Positions 27,546 to 36,534 of a stretch of DNA of 64,000 nucleotides are shown piece after piece. Under the pieces are notes generated by a model. The model ran no database searches. It had not been told where the DNA came from and saw only the letters and a list, made by a program, of their open reading frames with translations. The DNA comes from an uncultured Roseburia sp. GTDB taxonomy: Bacteria > Bacillota > Clostridia > Lachnospirales > Lachnospiraceae. Both the position numbers and the translations under genes were made by a program. The stretch is taken from the NCBI GenBank assembly GCA_910577925.1, contig CAJTOI010000011.1:33491-97490 (forward strand), written 5' to 3'. The first letter of the stretch is position 1. Each line of letters opens with the position of its first letter.

Positions 27546-28040
27546 ATGTGGGATAAAGTGAGAAAGGCATTGTATAATGTCTGTGAATGGCTGGAAATCG
27601 TCATGGCCGGGGCCGTTTTGATCGGACTGGTGATCGCGGCGGCGGCGCTCTGGCCGGAGCTGGTTTACCTGTGGAAGCATATGATGGAGCCGGGTGTGTT
27701 CCTGGAATATCTGGACAAAGTGTTCGGTGTGGTTATCGGCATCGAGTTTATGAAAATGCTCTGCCGGCCGAATTCCGCAAATATTATCGAGGCTTTGATT
27801 TTTTTGATTGCGCGGCATATGATCGTCCAGGCGACGACGCCGGCAGAGGATCTGCTTGCGGTGATCAGCATCGGAATTCTGTTTTTCTTCCGGAGATATA
27901 TGATGGCGACGAAACCGGATAAGAACAATCACGTGCCGCCGCTTCTCGGGGCAATCAGGGCATCGCGCAGACAGCGGGAGGAAGACGCAGACGGATACGA
28001 AGACGATATGGAAGACGGCGGTGAGTACGAGGACGAATGA
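27546..28040 (+). CDS. PsiE-like membrane protein (phosphate-starvation-inducible E family, tentative)
   Basis: ORF 27498..28040 (ATG 27546 after GGAGGA). Four hydrophobic helices with IGIEFMKML and LIFLIARHMIV blocks; acidic C-terminal tail. Confidence 0.6.
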   Translation: MWDKVRKALYNVCEWLEIVMAGAVLIGLVIAAAALWPELVYLWKHMMEPGVFLEYLDKVFGVVIGIEFMKMLCRPNSANIIEALIFLIARHMIVQATTPAEDLLAVISIGILFFFRRYMMATKPDKNNHVPPLLGAIRASRRQREEDADGYEDDMEDGGEYEDE

Positions 28041-28266
28041 GAAAACCGGGAGCGGATAAAAGGGCGGGGGTGCACTGCGCTTAAAAAGAGAAATTGTATG
28101 CATTTATTTGAATACATCCTTGAATTTCGCGGAATCTATTATATAATAAAAGTAGCTCGTAAGCGCGTCAACCCCGCACGGAATCGGTGAGTAAGCGCTT
28201 ACATAACCAACCGGGAGGACGCCGCGCTGCGCGCACCCGAAATTCAGAATAAAGTGAGGAAGTATC

Positions 28267-29250
28267 ATGTTTGGATTTGGTCAGTTGATCGGTATTTTGA
28301 AGAAGGATCCGAAGAAAATCGTTTTTACGGAAGGAAATGACCCGCGTGTCTTAGAGGCCGCATCCCGGCTGCTTGCAGGTACGTTCCTGCATCCGATTTT
28401 AGTCGGCAATGTGGAAGAGATTCTGGCTTCCGCAGAGGATTGCGGATTTAATATCCGCGGAGCGGAGATTATCGACCCGGCGGATTATGACAGAATGGAT
28501 GAGATGGTAGAGCTTTTCTGTGAGCTCCGCAAGAGCAAGGGCGTTACGCCGGAGCAGGCGCGCAAGACGCTTTCCCAGGCAAACTATTTCGGGACGATGC
28601 TGGTTAAGATGGGGGTTGCCGATTCGCTTCTCGGCGGCGCAACGTATTCCACCGCAGATACGGTTCGTCCGGCTCTGCAGCTGATCAAGACGAAGCCGGG
28701 CAATTCCATTGTATCTTCGTGCTTTATTCTGGTTCGTCCGTCGGCAACCGGTGAGAGAGAAGTGCTCGCGATGGGAGACTGTGCGATTAATATTAATCCG
28801 ACCGAGGACGAGCTTGTCGAGATTGCAGGCGAGACCGCAGAGTGTGCGAAGATTTTCGGAATCGACCCGAAGGTTGCGTTTTTAAGCTACTCTACGTTCG
28901 GCTCCGCAAAGGGCGAGGAAGTAGATAAGATGAGCAATGCGGCGAAGAAAGCGATGGAGAAGTATCCGTCTATTCCGATTGCAGGAGAGCTGCAGTTTGA
29001 CGCGGCCGTTTCTCCGCGTGTCGCACGTACGAAATGTCCGGGCAATGAGGTTGCCGGACATGCAAATACCTTTATTTTCCCGGATATCAATGCGGGAAAT
29101 ATCGGTTATAAGATTGCGCAGCGCCTCGGTAATTTCGAGGCATACGGCCCGATTCTTCTGGGACTGAATGCGCCGATTAACGATTTGTCCCGGGGATGCA
29201 ACGCCTCCGAGGTATACTCCATGGCAATCATTACCGCAGCGCTTGCATAG
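28267..29250 (+). CDS. pta: phosphate acetyltransferase
   Basis: 327 aa with PTA_PTB family blocks (KIVFTEGNDPRVLEA, ATYSTADTVRPALQLIKT, GHANTFIFPDINAGNIGYKIAQRL). Confidence 0.9.
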   Translation: MFGFGQLIGILKKDPKKIVFTEGNDPRVLEAASRLLAGTFLHPILVGNVEEILASAEDCGFNIRGAEIIDPADYDRMDEMVELFCELRKSKGVTPEQARKTLSQANYFGTMLVKMGVADSLLGGATYSTADTVRPALQLIKTKPGNSIVSSCFILVRPSATGEREVLAMGDCAININPTEDELVEIAGETAECAKIFGIDPKVAFLSYSTFGSAKGEEVDKMSNAAKKAMEKYPSIPIAGELQFDAAVSPRVARTKCPGNEVAGHANTFIFPDINAGNIGYKIAQRLGNFEAYGPILLGLNAPINDLSRGCNASEVYSMAIITAALA

Positions 29251-29292
29251 ATACGGACAGCCGGACAGTCAGATATCGTATGACAGATTTTC

Positions 29293-29323
29293 GTGGCATA
29301 GCAGAACGCTATGCCACATTTTT
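29293..29323 (+). terminator. pta terminator
   Basis: Perfect 10-bp stem GTGGCATAGC/GCTATGCCAC, 5-nt loop, then ATTTTT. Confidence 0.8.
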
Positions 29324-29353
29324 CGTGGATAAGTTTGTGGATAACGTGGATAA
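29324..29353 (-). promoter_or_regulatory. cluster of three DnaA-box-like 9-mers
   Basis: CGTGGATAA (29324-29332), TGTGGATAA (29336-29344, exact reverse complement of consensus TTATCCACA), CGTGGATAA (29345-29353); all in the same orientation. Confidence 0.55.
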
Positions 29354-29553
29354 AAGCAGTGAATATGGTGACACTACCTATAGTTTTCAAACAATTTTGC
29401 ACAATTGCTTTAATAATTAAAAAATGACGCCGAAAGCCGCGCAAAATCTGCGGTTTTCATTTGCCGGGGAATATGGTATAATGCTCTCGCATTGTACCGG
29501 CCCCATGCAACGCGGAAACGACTGACGTCAAGATTACGGAGATTCAGAAGAAA

Positions 29554-30420
29554 ATGTTTAAAAATCGAGGAAGGATTCAGAGAATCCTGGAGGAATATGT
29601 GATACTGACAGCGGCAACCTTAATTTTGGTGGCGGGAGTATACGTGTTTAAATTTCCGAACAATTTTTCGTTCGGGGGTGTCACGGGTATTGCCGTGGTA
29701 CTCAGTGCAATTCTGCCGGCGACACCGGCGAGCATCACGTTTGTCATCAATATGGCGCTGCTGTTTTTGGGATTTATTTTCCTGGGGACCGGTTTTGGAT
29801 TAAAGACGGTGTATGTCAGTGTTCTGATGTCGGTCGGTTTGAGTGCTGCGGAGGTGCTTTTTCCGATGGAGCATGCGCTGACGGGAGAGCCGGTGCTGGA
29901 ATTAATCTACGCAATCGTGCTGCCGGCATTCAGCGCTGCGATTATGTTCAATATCGGCGCTTCGGGCGGCGGAACGGATATCATAGCGATGATTTTGAAA
30001 CAGCACACGAAACTGAACATCGGGGCTGCGCTGTTTGTCGTCGATTTGAGTATTGTTTTGGCCTCCTGCCTGATTTTTGATGCGCAGACCGGCCTGTTTT
30101 CGATGTGCGGCCTTCTGGCAAAGTCACTTGTGGTAGATAATGTGATTGAAAGTATCAACTTGTGCAAATACTTTACTATTATCTGTACGGACCCGGAGCC
30201 GATCTGCGCGTTTATTATGAACAAATTAAACCGCAGTGCGACGGTTTATAAGGCGGAGGGGGCCTACGAACACAATCAGAAGACGATTATTATCACGATT
30301 TTAAAGAGGAGCCAGGCGGTGGAGCTGCGCAACTACATCCGCGTACATCAGCCGACAGCGTTTATTGCGATTACGAACAGCAGTGAGATTATCGGCAAGG
30401 GCTTCCGGGGGTTTAATTAA
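29554..30420 (+). CDS. YitT-family membrane protein (DUF2179 C-terminal domain)
   Basis: Five or six TM segments with GGTDI block, soluble C-terminal domain ending ITNSSEIIGKGF. Confidence 0.8.
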   Translation: MFKNRGRIQRILEEYVILTAATLILVAGVYVFKFPNNFSFGGVTGIAVVLSAILPATPASITFVINMALLFLGFIFLGTGFGLKTVYVSVLMSVGLSAAEVLFPMEHALTGEPVLELIYAIVLPAFSAAIMFNIGASGGGTDIIAMILKQHTKLNIGAALFVVDLSIVLASCLIFDAQTGLFSMCGLLAKSLVVDNVIESINLCKYFTIICTDPEPICAFIMNKLNRSATVYKAEGAYEHNQKTIIITILKRSQAVELRNYIRVHQPTAFIAITNSSEIIGKGFRGFN

Positions 30421-30436
30421 AAAGAGAGAGGGAATT

Positions 30437-32062
30437 ATGCTAATCAGTTTGTTGGTCACACTTGTTTTCGGAGCGATTTATTTTTATGTACAGCTGCCGG
30501 CGCTCAACATACACGCAGCGGATTTTTATACGTTTGTGTTTCTGCTGTGCGCGGTCTACTGTATCTGCAATATTTTTATCACGGGTTTCCGCGCGGCGGG
30601 GATTCGGGATTATCTGAACCATCTGATAAAAAAATGCACGATTCCCGTCATCATTGCGGCTGTGCTTATGGCTGCGGGCGTGCTGGGGACCCTCGCGGGA
30701 AGCGTGTTTCTGCGTGCCAAGGCATATGCGAAACTGTTGCCGCTTGAGGCCGGGGACTTTGCGCAGGAGGTTGAGGAGGTAACCTGGGATCAGATTCCGA
30801 AGCTGGACGAGAACTCGGCCAATACGCTGGCGAACAAGAAAATGGGAGAGCTTTCCGATCTGGTTTCACAGTTTGAGGTGAATCCGGAATCGGTGCAGAT
30901 TAATTATCAGGACCGGCCGGTGCGGGCGGCGTATCTTGATTATGGCGGCGCGATTAAGTGGTGGAACAACCGTAAAAACGGAATACCCGCCTACCTTCTG
31001 ATTGATATGGTCACGCAGGAGGTCTCGGTGCAGCGGCTTGAGCAGGGGATGAAATATTCGCCCTCCGAGATATTCAATCGGAATATATACCGTCATCTGC
31101 GGTTCCGTTATCCGACGAAAATGTTTTATGACGTATATTTTGAGGTGGCGGACGACGGAACGCCGTACTGGTGTGCGACGACCGTCACAAAGACCATCGG
31201 GCTTTTCGGTGGAACTGATGTGACCGGAGCCGTGCTGGTAAATGCCGTGACCGGCGAGGGGGAGTTCTATGAGATCGGCTCCGTGCCTTCGTGGGTAGAC
31301 CGGGTGTGCAGTGCGCGGCTGATTATGGAGCAGTATGATTACTACGGACTGTATCAGGGCGGTTTTTGGAATTCGATTCTCGGGCAGAGCGGCTGTACGA
31401 AAACGACTTCCGGGTACAACTACATTGCGATGGATGACGATGTATGGGTGTACACCGGTGTCACTTCGGTGGGCGGCGACGAGAGCAATCTCGGGTTTAT
31501 TCTGGTAAATCAGCGCACGAAGGAGTCGCGCTATTATTCCTGTGCCGGTGCGAACGAAAACGCGGGTATGAACTCGGCGGAGGGAGCCGTTCAGCAGTAT
31601 TCCTACCGGGCGACGTTCCCGATTCTTCTGAATATCGGCGGCGAGCCGACCTATTTTATGGCGTTAAAAGACGCGTCGCAGCTGGTCAAGATGTACGCGA
31701 TGGTAAATGTCAGCCAGTATCAGATTGTGGCGACGGGCTCCACGGTGGAGGAGTGCCAGGAAAGCTATGCGGCGCTGATGCAGAAAAACGGTATTGCGGA
31801 AGTTCCGCCCGTGCCGGAGAAAGAGTCGGGCGAGATTACCGGCAGAGTCGCCGAGATTCGCTCCAGCGTCATGGACGGAGACACGTATTATTTTATCCGT
31901 CTGCAGGAGGGACCGGAGTACTATCTGATCAACGGGAAGGAGTACCCGGTGGCGACGATACTGAATGTGGAAGATAAAGTCACGATTACCTATTATATGG
32001 ATGACACGGAAGAAGACGGGGCAGAAGAAATCCGCACGGGCGTGTCGCTGAATCGGAAATAA
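30437..32062 (+). CDS. conserved membrane protein of unknown function
   Basis: ORF 30365..32062; ATG 30437 after GAGAGGGAA. Three N-terminal TM helices, then a large soluble domain. Confidence 0.6.
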   Translation: MLISLLVTLVFGAIYFYVQLPALNIHAADFYTFVFLLCAVYCICNIFITGFRAAGIRDYLNHLIKKCTIPVIIAAVLMAAGVLGTLAGSVFLRAKAYAKLLPLEAGDFAQEVEEVTWDQIPKLDENSANTLANKKMGELSDLVSQFEVNPESVQINYQDRPVRAAYLDYGGAIKWWNNRKNGIPAYLLIDMVTQEVSVQRLEQGMKYSPSEIFNRNIYRHLRFRYPTKMFYDVYFEVADDGTPYWCATTVTKTIGLFGGTDVTGAVLVNAVTGEGEFYEIGSVPSWVDRVCSARLIMEQYDYYGLYQGGFWNSILGQSGCTKTTSGYNYIAMDDDVWVYTGVTSVGGDESNLGFILVNQRTKESRYYSCAGANENAGMNSAEGAVQQYSYRATFPILLNIGGEPTYFMALKDASQLVKMYAMVNVSQYQIVATGSTVEECQESYAALMQKNGIAEVPPVPEKESGEITGRVAEIRSSVMDGDTYYFIRLQEGPEYYLINGKEYPVATILNVEDKVTITYYMDDTEEDGAEEIRTGVSLNRK

Positions 32063-32152
32063 AAGAAGCAGGGCAGAGACAGAAACAGAAACAACGGAAC
32101 GGATAAATGAGGCAGCGCAGTCCGGCGCTGTCTGTGGAGGAGGAATTACAAA

Positions 32153-33361
32153 ATGGAAATTTGGGAAGACGAAAAGCAGATTTATATCCGCGCCGCAATG
32201 GAGGCAAACACACCGGAGGAAAATGAGGCTTTAAAAGAAGCGCTCCGGGCTGTGGACTGGTCTGTGTTAGAGCATATCAGCCGCAGAGAGACCGTCAATG
32301 AGCGCGGGGTGTTCGCCCCGCTTGCGGCGGTGGAAGTCAGTGAGATAGAGGCGCGCCGGGATGAATTTAAGGAGCTTGGGCAGAAGGCGGTCCGCGGCGG
32401 AAAGGTGGGCGCGGTGCTTTTGGCCGGCGGGCAGGGGACAAGGCTTGGGCTTGACCGTCCGAAAGGAACGATGAAGATCGGAGTAAACCGCGAACTGTTT
32501 CTGTTTGAACAGCTGATGCGCAACCTGATGGATGTGACGGATGAGGCGGGGGCGTACGTGCCGCTCTATGTGATGACGAGCAATATCAACCGCGACGATA
32601 CAGAAGCCTTTTTTAAGGAACACGGATTCTTCGGTTATCCGGAGGAATATGTGAAATTTTTCGTACAGGAGATGAATCCGGCCTGCGACTATGAGGGAAG
32701 GGTTTACATGGAGTCAAATACGAAAGCTGCGATGTCCCCCAACGGGAACGGAGGCTGGTTCGGTTCGATGGTGCGGGCGGGACTGCTTGCGGATCTTCAT
32801 GACAGAGGGATTGAATGGCTCAATGTGTTTGCCGTGGATAACTGCTTACAGCGTATCGCGGATCCGCTGTTTGTGGGGGCGACGATTGCCTGCGGCTGCG
32901 AGAGCGGAGCGAAGGTCGTGCGCAAGGCGGCGCCGGACGAGCGGGTCGGCGTGCTCTGCACGGAGGACGGTAGACCGTCCATCGCGGAGTATTACGAGAT
33001 GACGGAGGAGATGGCGACGGCCCGCAGGGAAAACGGCGATTTGCTCTACGGATTCGGCGTTATCTTAAATTATCTGTTTTCCGAGAAAAAACTCGAAGAG
33101 ATTGCCGATGCCCGCATGCCGATTCACGTGGTGGAAAAGAAGATTCCCTATCGGGATACGGACGGCAGCATCGTGACGCCGGAAACGCCGAACGGATACA
33201 AGTTTGAGACACTGGTGCTCGATATGGTGCATATGATGGAGGATTGTGTCCCGTATGAGGTGGTGCGGGAGAGAGAGTTCGCGCCGATTAAGAATCTGCA
33301 CGGCGTGGATTCATTAGATTCGGCCAGAGAGCTGATGAAGGGCTGCGGCATAGAATTATAA
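32153..33361 (+). CDS. UDP-sugar pyrophosphorylase (UDPGP / UAP1-type nucleotidyltransferase)
   Basis: Signature LLAGGQGTRLGLDRPKG and downstream PNGNGG block. Confidence 0.8.
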   Translation: MEIWEDEKQIYIRAAMEANTPEENEALKEALRAVDWSVLEHISRRETVNERGVFAPLAAVEVSEIEARRDEFKELGQKAVRGGKVGAVLLAGGQGTRLGLDRPKGTMKIGVNRELFLFEQLMRNLMDVTDEAGAYVPLYVMTSNINRDDTEAFFKEHGFFGYPEEYVKFFVQEMNPACDYEGRVYMESNTKAAMSPNGNGGWFGSMVRAGLLADLHDRGIEWLNVFAVDNCLQRIADPLFVGATIACGCESGAKVVRKAAPDERVGVLCTEDGRPSIAEYYEMTEEMATARRENGDLLYGFGVILNYLFSEKKLEEIADARMPIHVVEKKIPYRDTDGSIVTPETPNGYKFETLVLDMVHMMEDCVPYEVVREREFAPIKNLHGVDSLDSARELMKGCGIEL

Positions 33362-33450
33362 ATACTAGTGTATTTGAGGGAAAACCTCATTTCTGTCAGA
33401 TTTAATAAATATTTTATAGGGATTTAACTTAGGATTCATGTTTATCTGCT

Positions 33451-34329
33451 ATGATATATTTATCCTTCCCGGGGGAGGTGGAAATAATTTCCAAATCATA
33501 TACAGAAGTGAGGTTTTTACATAGAATGGGACGAAAAAAGACAGTAAAGGCGGCGACGGCACAGCGGGAGAGAGTTTACAGAAAGGAAGTCTATGCAAGT
33601 GAGCGATATGAGGTAGAGACTGCGGAAGAATGCAGCGGTCTCTGCATGTATGAAATCGTACCTTTCCGGGGGCGCAAGGCCGACAGCATGGAACATATAG
33701 CGGACATTACGGAGGAGTTTTCTCAGAGCATGGACCCGATTCTTCGGATGTACAGCGCGGCCATGAGCGCGGCGACGGCGCGTCTGGAGATTATCGAGGA
33801 CGAATTTCGTTATCGGAAACGGCGCTGCCCGATCCACCATATTGACACCCGGCTGAAATCGGCGGCCAGCATTCTCGGAAAGCTGAACAAAAAAGATCTG
33901 GATCTCACGCTGTCGGCGGCCTGCAACAATATCTATGACATTGCGGGAATCCGTGTTGTGTGTTCCTATATCAAAGATGTGTACCTGATCCGCGACCGCC
34001 TGCTGGCGCAGGACGATATCTATATCATGGATATCAAGGATTATATCGAAAGCCCGAAGAAAAACGGCTACCGCAGCCTGCACATGATTATCCGCGTTCC
34101 GGTGTACTTTATGGATAAGAAACAGATGGTGCCGGTGGAACTGCAGATACGCACGCTGGCGATGGATTTGTGGGCGAGCCTTGAGCACGATATCAAATAT
34201 AAGTCGCTGTATCAGATCAGGGCGGAGGCGCTCGATATGGACTTTGACAGAGAGTTAAAGGAGTGCAGCAGGCTTATCTACGAGGCGGAGGAAAAGATGG
34301 AGCGCATGAATCGAATGCTCGAGCTGTAA
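33451..34329 (+). CDS. small alarmone synthetase (RelQ/RelP-type GTP pyrophosphokinase); start uncertain
   Basis: Synthetase blocks YDIAGIRVVC, NGYRSLHMII, ELQIRTLAMDLWASLEHD. Several in-frame ATGs (33451, 33526 and later) without a clear RBS. Confidence 0.8.
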   Translation: MIYLSFPGEVEIISKSYTEVRFLHRMGRKKTVKAATAQRERVYRKEVYASERYEVETAEECSGLCMYEIVPFRGRKADSMEHIADITEEFSQSMDPILRMYSAAMSAATARLEIIEDEFRYRKRRCPIHHIDTRLKSAASILGKLNKKDLDLTLSAACNNIYDIAGIRVVCSYIKDVYLIRDRLLAQDDIYIMDIKDYIESPKKNGYRSLHMIIRVPVYFMDKKQMVPVELQIRTLAMDLWASLEHDIKYKSLYQIRAEALDMDFDRELKECSRLIYEAEEKMERMNRMLEL

Positions 34330-34345
34330 GCGGGAGGACGCATGT

Positions 34346-35173
34346 ATGCAGAACAAATATTTGGAGCAGGAATGGCGGCAGATGCGGAAGGAGGAACAGC
34401 GCTTTCTGAACGAAAATCGGATTCCGAGGAAGCCGGGCTGGCAGCAGCGGGTGGAGAAATATGTTCCGGATAAGCTGGAAGGAACACTGAATACAGTGTT
34501 TTGCAAAGCATTTGAAGTTATTTTTGAGAAGGGAACCGGAGCGATTGAGAAGACCTGCGGCAAAGAGAAGAAGCAGCACAGCTATCAGGTCCACGAGTAT
34601 GCCGCTCGGATTCGGGGAAACCGGAAATCGCTGCAGGCGTTCGGGAGGGAGGCAAACACGGGAAAGCTGATCAATACGGCCGTATCCGCGGTGGAGGGTG
34701 TCGGCATGGGGGTGCTTGGCATGGGAATCCCGGACATCCCTGTATTTCTTGCCGTTCTGCTCAAAAGTATCTATGAGATCGCGCTCAGCTACGGATTCTC
34801 ATATGACACGGAGGAGGAGCGGATTTTTATTCTGCGCCTGATAGAGACGGCTCTCTCCCATGAGGAAGCGCTTACGGCGCGCGATGCCGAATTAAATTGC
34901 TGGATAGAGCGCATAGCGCGGCAGCCGCAGGAAACCGCGGACGCTCCGGATGCATGCGGGGAACTTCCGGTTCCGTCTTTTAAAGCGCAGATACGCCGCA
35001 CGTCGGATGCGCTCGCGGCGGAACTGCTCTATCTGAAATTTGTCCAGGGGATCCCGATCATAGGTGTTGCAGGCGGATGGTCCGATGTGGTGTATCAGAA
35101 GAAAATCAGCGATTATGCGGCGGTCAAATACAAACGCCGCTTTCTGGAAGAAAAGCGGCGCGGCAGCAGTTAG
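34346..35173 (+). CDS. EcsC-family protein (tentative)
   Basis: 275 aa, central hydrophobic block GIPDIPVFLAVLLKSIYEIALSYGF recalled from EcsC-type proteins. Confidence 0.5.
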   Translation: MQNKYLEQEWRQMRKEEQRFLNENRIPRKPGWQQRVEKYVPDKLEGTLNTVFCKAFEVIFEKGTGAIEKTCGKEKKQHSYQVHEYAARIRGNRKSLQAFGREANTGKLINTAVSAVEGVGMGVLGMGIPDIPVFLAVLLKSIYEIALSYGFSYDTEEERIFILRLIETALSHEEALTARDAELNCWIERIARQPQETADAPDACGELPVPSFKAQIRRTSDALAAELLYLKFVQGIPIIGVAGGWSDVVYQKKISDYAAVKYKRRFLEEKRRGSS

Positions 35174-35937
35174 AAGAATTTGACGCCTAAGACGGCGATT
35201 CCGAGCACCAGAAGAACGATACCGGTGGCGCGGTTTAAGGTGACGGCGCTGGCCTTGTTTGCGAAGCGGGCGGCGATCCGCGCCCACAGCAGTGTGGAGA
35301 GCACGCAGAAAACGAGGCACGGGATATTCGGCATACCGCCGATAGCAAAGTGGCTGACCGAACCGGTCAGCGCGGTAAAGGCCATGATAAAAACGCTGGT
35401 TCCCACGGCGGTTTTCAGCTCGTAGCCGAGCACGCTCGTGAGAATCAGGAGCATCATCATGCCGCCGCCGGCGCCGATAAAGCCGCAGATAAAACCGATG
35501 GCCATACCGCAGAGGACGGACTGGACGAAACGCTTTTTCGGGCTGACGCCGCCCATGGCTTCCTTTGTGGTCATGACCGGTTTTACGATAAATTTGATGC
35601 CAAGCAGCATCGTCATAAAGACGGAAAAGCTTCCCATCGCATTGCTCGGCACAAGGCTTGACACCCAGCTTCCGATAAGCGTAAATAAAAGTACCGCGAT
35701 CATCATGACCAGGCCGTTTCGAATATCCAGATTTTTATTTTTGCCGTAGGTATAAGCGCTTACGGCACTGGCCAGCACGTCGCTTGCGAGAGCGATACCC
35801 ACGGCCTCGTAGGCGGGTATGCCGAGGAATGTGATAAGCATCGGGCTGATGACGGCCGCGGCGCTCATGCCGGCAAAACCGGTGCCCAAGCCCGCGCCGA
35901 TGCCTGCGAGAAAGCAGATGATAAATGTAAAAAACAT
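35170..35937 (-). CDS. TauE/SafE-family sulfite/anion exporter
   Basis: Eight hydrophobic segments, internal duplication with GxGGG motifs (GIGAGLGTGFAG, GFIGAGGGMMM). Confidence 0.8.
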   Translation of the reverse strand: MFFTFIICFLAGIGAGLGTGFAGMSAAAVISPMLITFLGIPAYEAVGIALASDVLASAVSAYTYGKNKNLDIRNGLVMMIAVLLFTLIGSWVSSLVPSNAMGSFSVFMTMLLGIKFIVKPVMTTKEAMGGVSPKKRFVQSVLCGMAIGFICGFIGAGGGMMMLLILTSVLGYELKTAVGTSVFIMAFTALTGSVSHFAIGGMPNIPCLVFCVLSTLLWARIAARFANKASAVTLNRATGIVLLVLGIAVLGVKFF

Positions 35938-36093
35938 GGAATCCTCCTTGTGAACTGTTTGGCTGCCGAAATGAAAATCGGTGTAAAGATAGGACTATTC
36001 TAAAAAAGAAGCAGAAAAATGTCAAGAAAAAGGGCTTTTCAAATCAGAGAAATGTGGTATAATAGATAAGCACGTATGAGTATGGGCACAAAA

Positions 36094-36167
36094 CGGAGTA
36101 TGGCGTAGCTTGGTAGCGCGCTCGGCTGGGGGCCGAGAGGTCGCAGGTTCAAATCCTGTTACTCCGA
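36094..36167 (+). tRNA. tRNA-Pro (GGG)
   Basis: Hand-folded cloverleaf: acceptor CGGAGTA/TACTCCG, anticodon stem CTCGG/CCGAG with loop CTGGGGG, T-arm GCAGG-TTCAAAT-CCTGT. CCA not encoded. Confidence 0.9.
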
Positions 36168-36180
36168 CTAAGACAAATAA

Positions 36181-36228
36181 GCCGCAAACTCTTGATTTCG
36201 CTGTTGAAATCAGGAGTTTGCGGCTTTT
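36181..36228 (+). terminator. terminator after tRNA-Pro
   Basis: 11-bp stem GCCGCAAACTC/GAGTTTGCGGC followed by TTTT. Confidence 0.8.
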
Positions 36229-36245
36229 CATATGCCTTTTATAAA

Positions 36246-36319
36246 TGGAAGCAAAGGGGCTCGAACCCTTGACCTCCCGCTAGTCAGGCGAGCGCTCATC
36301 CCAGCTGAGCTATGCTTCC
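36246..36319 (-). tRNA. tRNA-Val (GAC)-like with atypical anticodon loop
   Basis: Minus strand GGAAGCA...TGCTTCC acceptor, D-arm GCTC/GAGC, T-arm AAGGG-TTCGAGC-CCCTT, anticodon stem CTCGC/GCGGG with loop CTGACTA (T instead of a purine at position 37). Confidence 0.7.
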
Positions 36320-36425
36320 GTGAAATTTATTGTAACATAAAAATCCTGATTTGAAAAGGACAATTCAAAAATGGGATGCCGGAAAATTTATAATGATTTA
36401 GCTTGTTAAATCGGAATGGGACATA

Positions 36426-36456
36426 GTTTTTTCTAAAACACACTTGTTTTTTCTAA
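36426..36456 (+). promoter_or_regulatory. direct repeats upstream of the AraC-family gene
   Basis: GTTTTTTCTAA at 36426-36436 and 36446-36456 (20-bp period); the second abuts the -35 position of extended -10 TGCTATAAT (36474-36482). Confidence 0.45.
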
Positions 36457-36534
36457 CAAATGGCTTTTATTTTTGCTATAATTGAAAAAAAGGTACGATA
36501 GAATGGCGGATTTCACTTTGAAAAAGGAGAAGTT

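Noticed and set aside
27372-28103. 243-aa minus-strand ORF.
   Set aside because: It overlaps the SRP RNA gene and the PsiE-like gene, and its composition is not protein-like.
29196-29420. 74-aa ORF (FVDKFVDNVDK...) in the pta-yitT gap.
   Set aside because: The repetitive VD(K/N) peptide is just the translation of the tandem GTGGATAA DnaA boxes. There is no RBS.
33451-35173. Toxic small alarmone synthetase (toxSAS) with the EcsC-like gene as antitoxin.
   Set aside because: The synthetase has ordinary RelQ/RelP housekeeping blocks and backbone GC content. EcsC-like proteins are not a known toxSAS antitoxin class. Nothing else suggests a toxin-antitoxin module.
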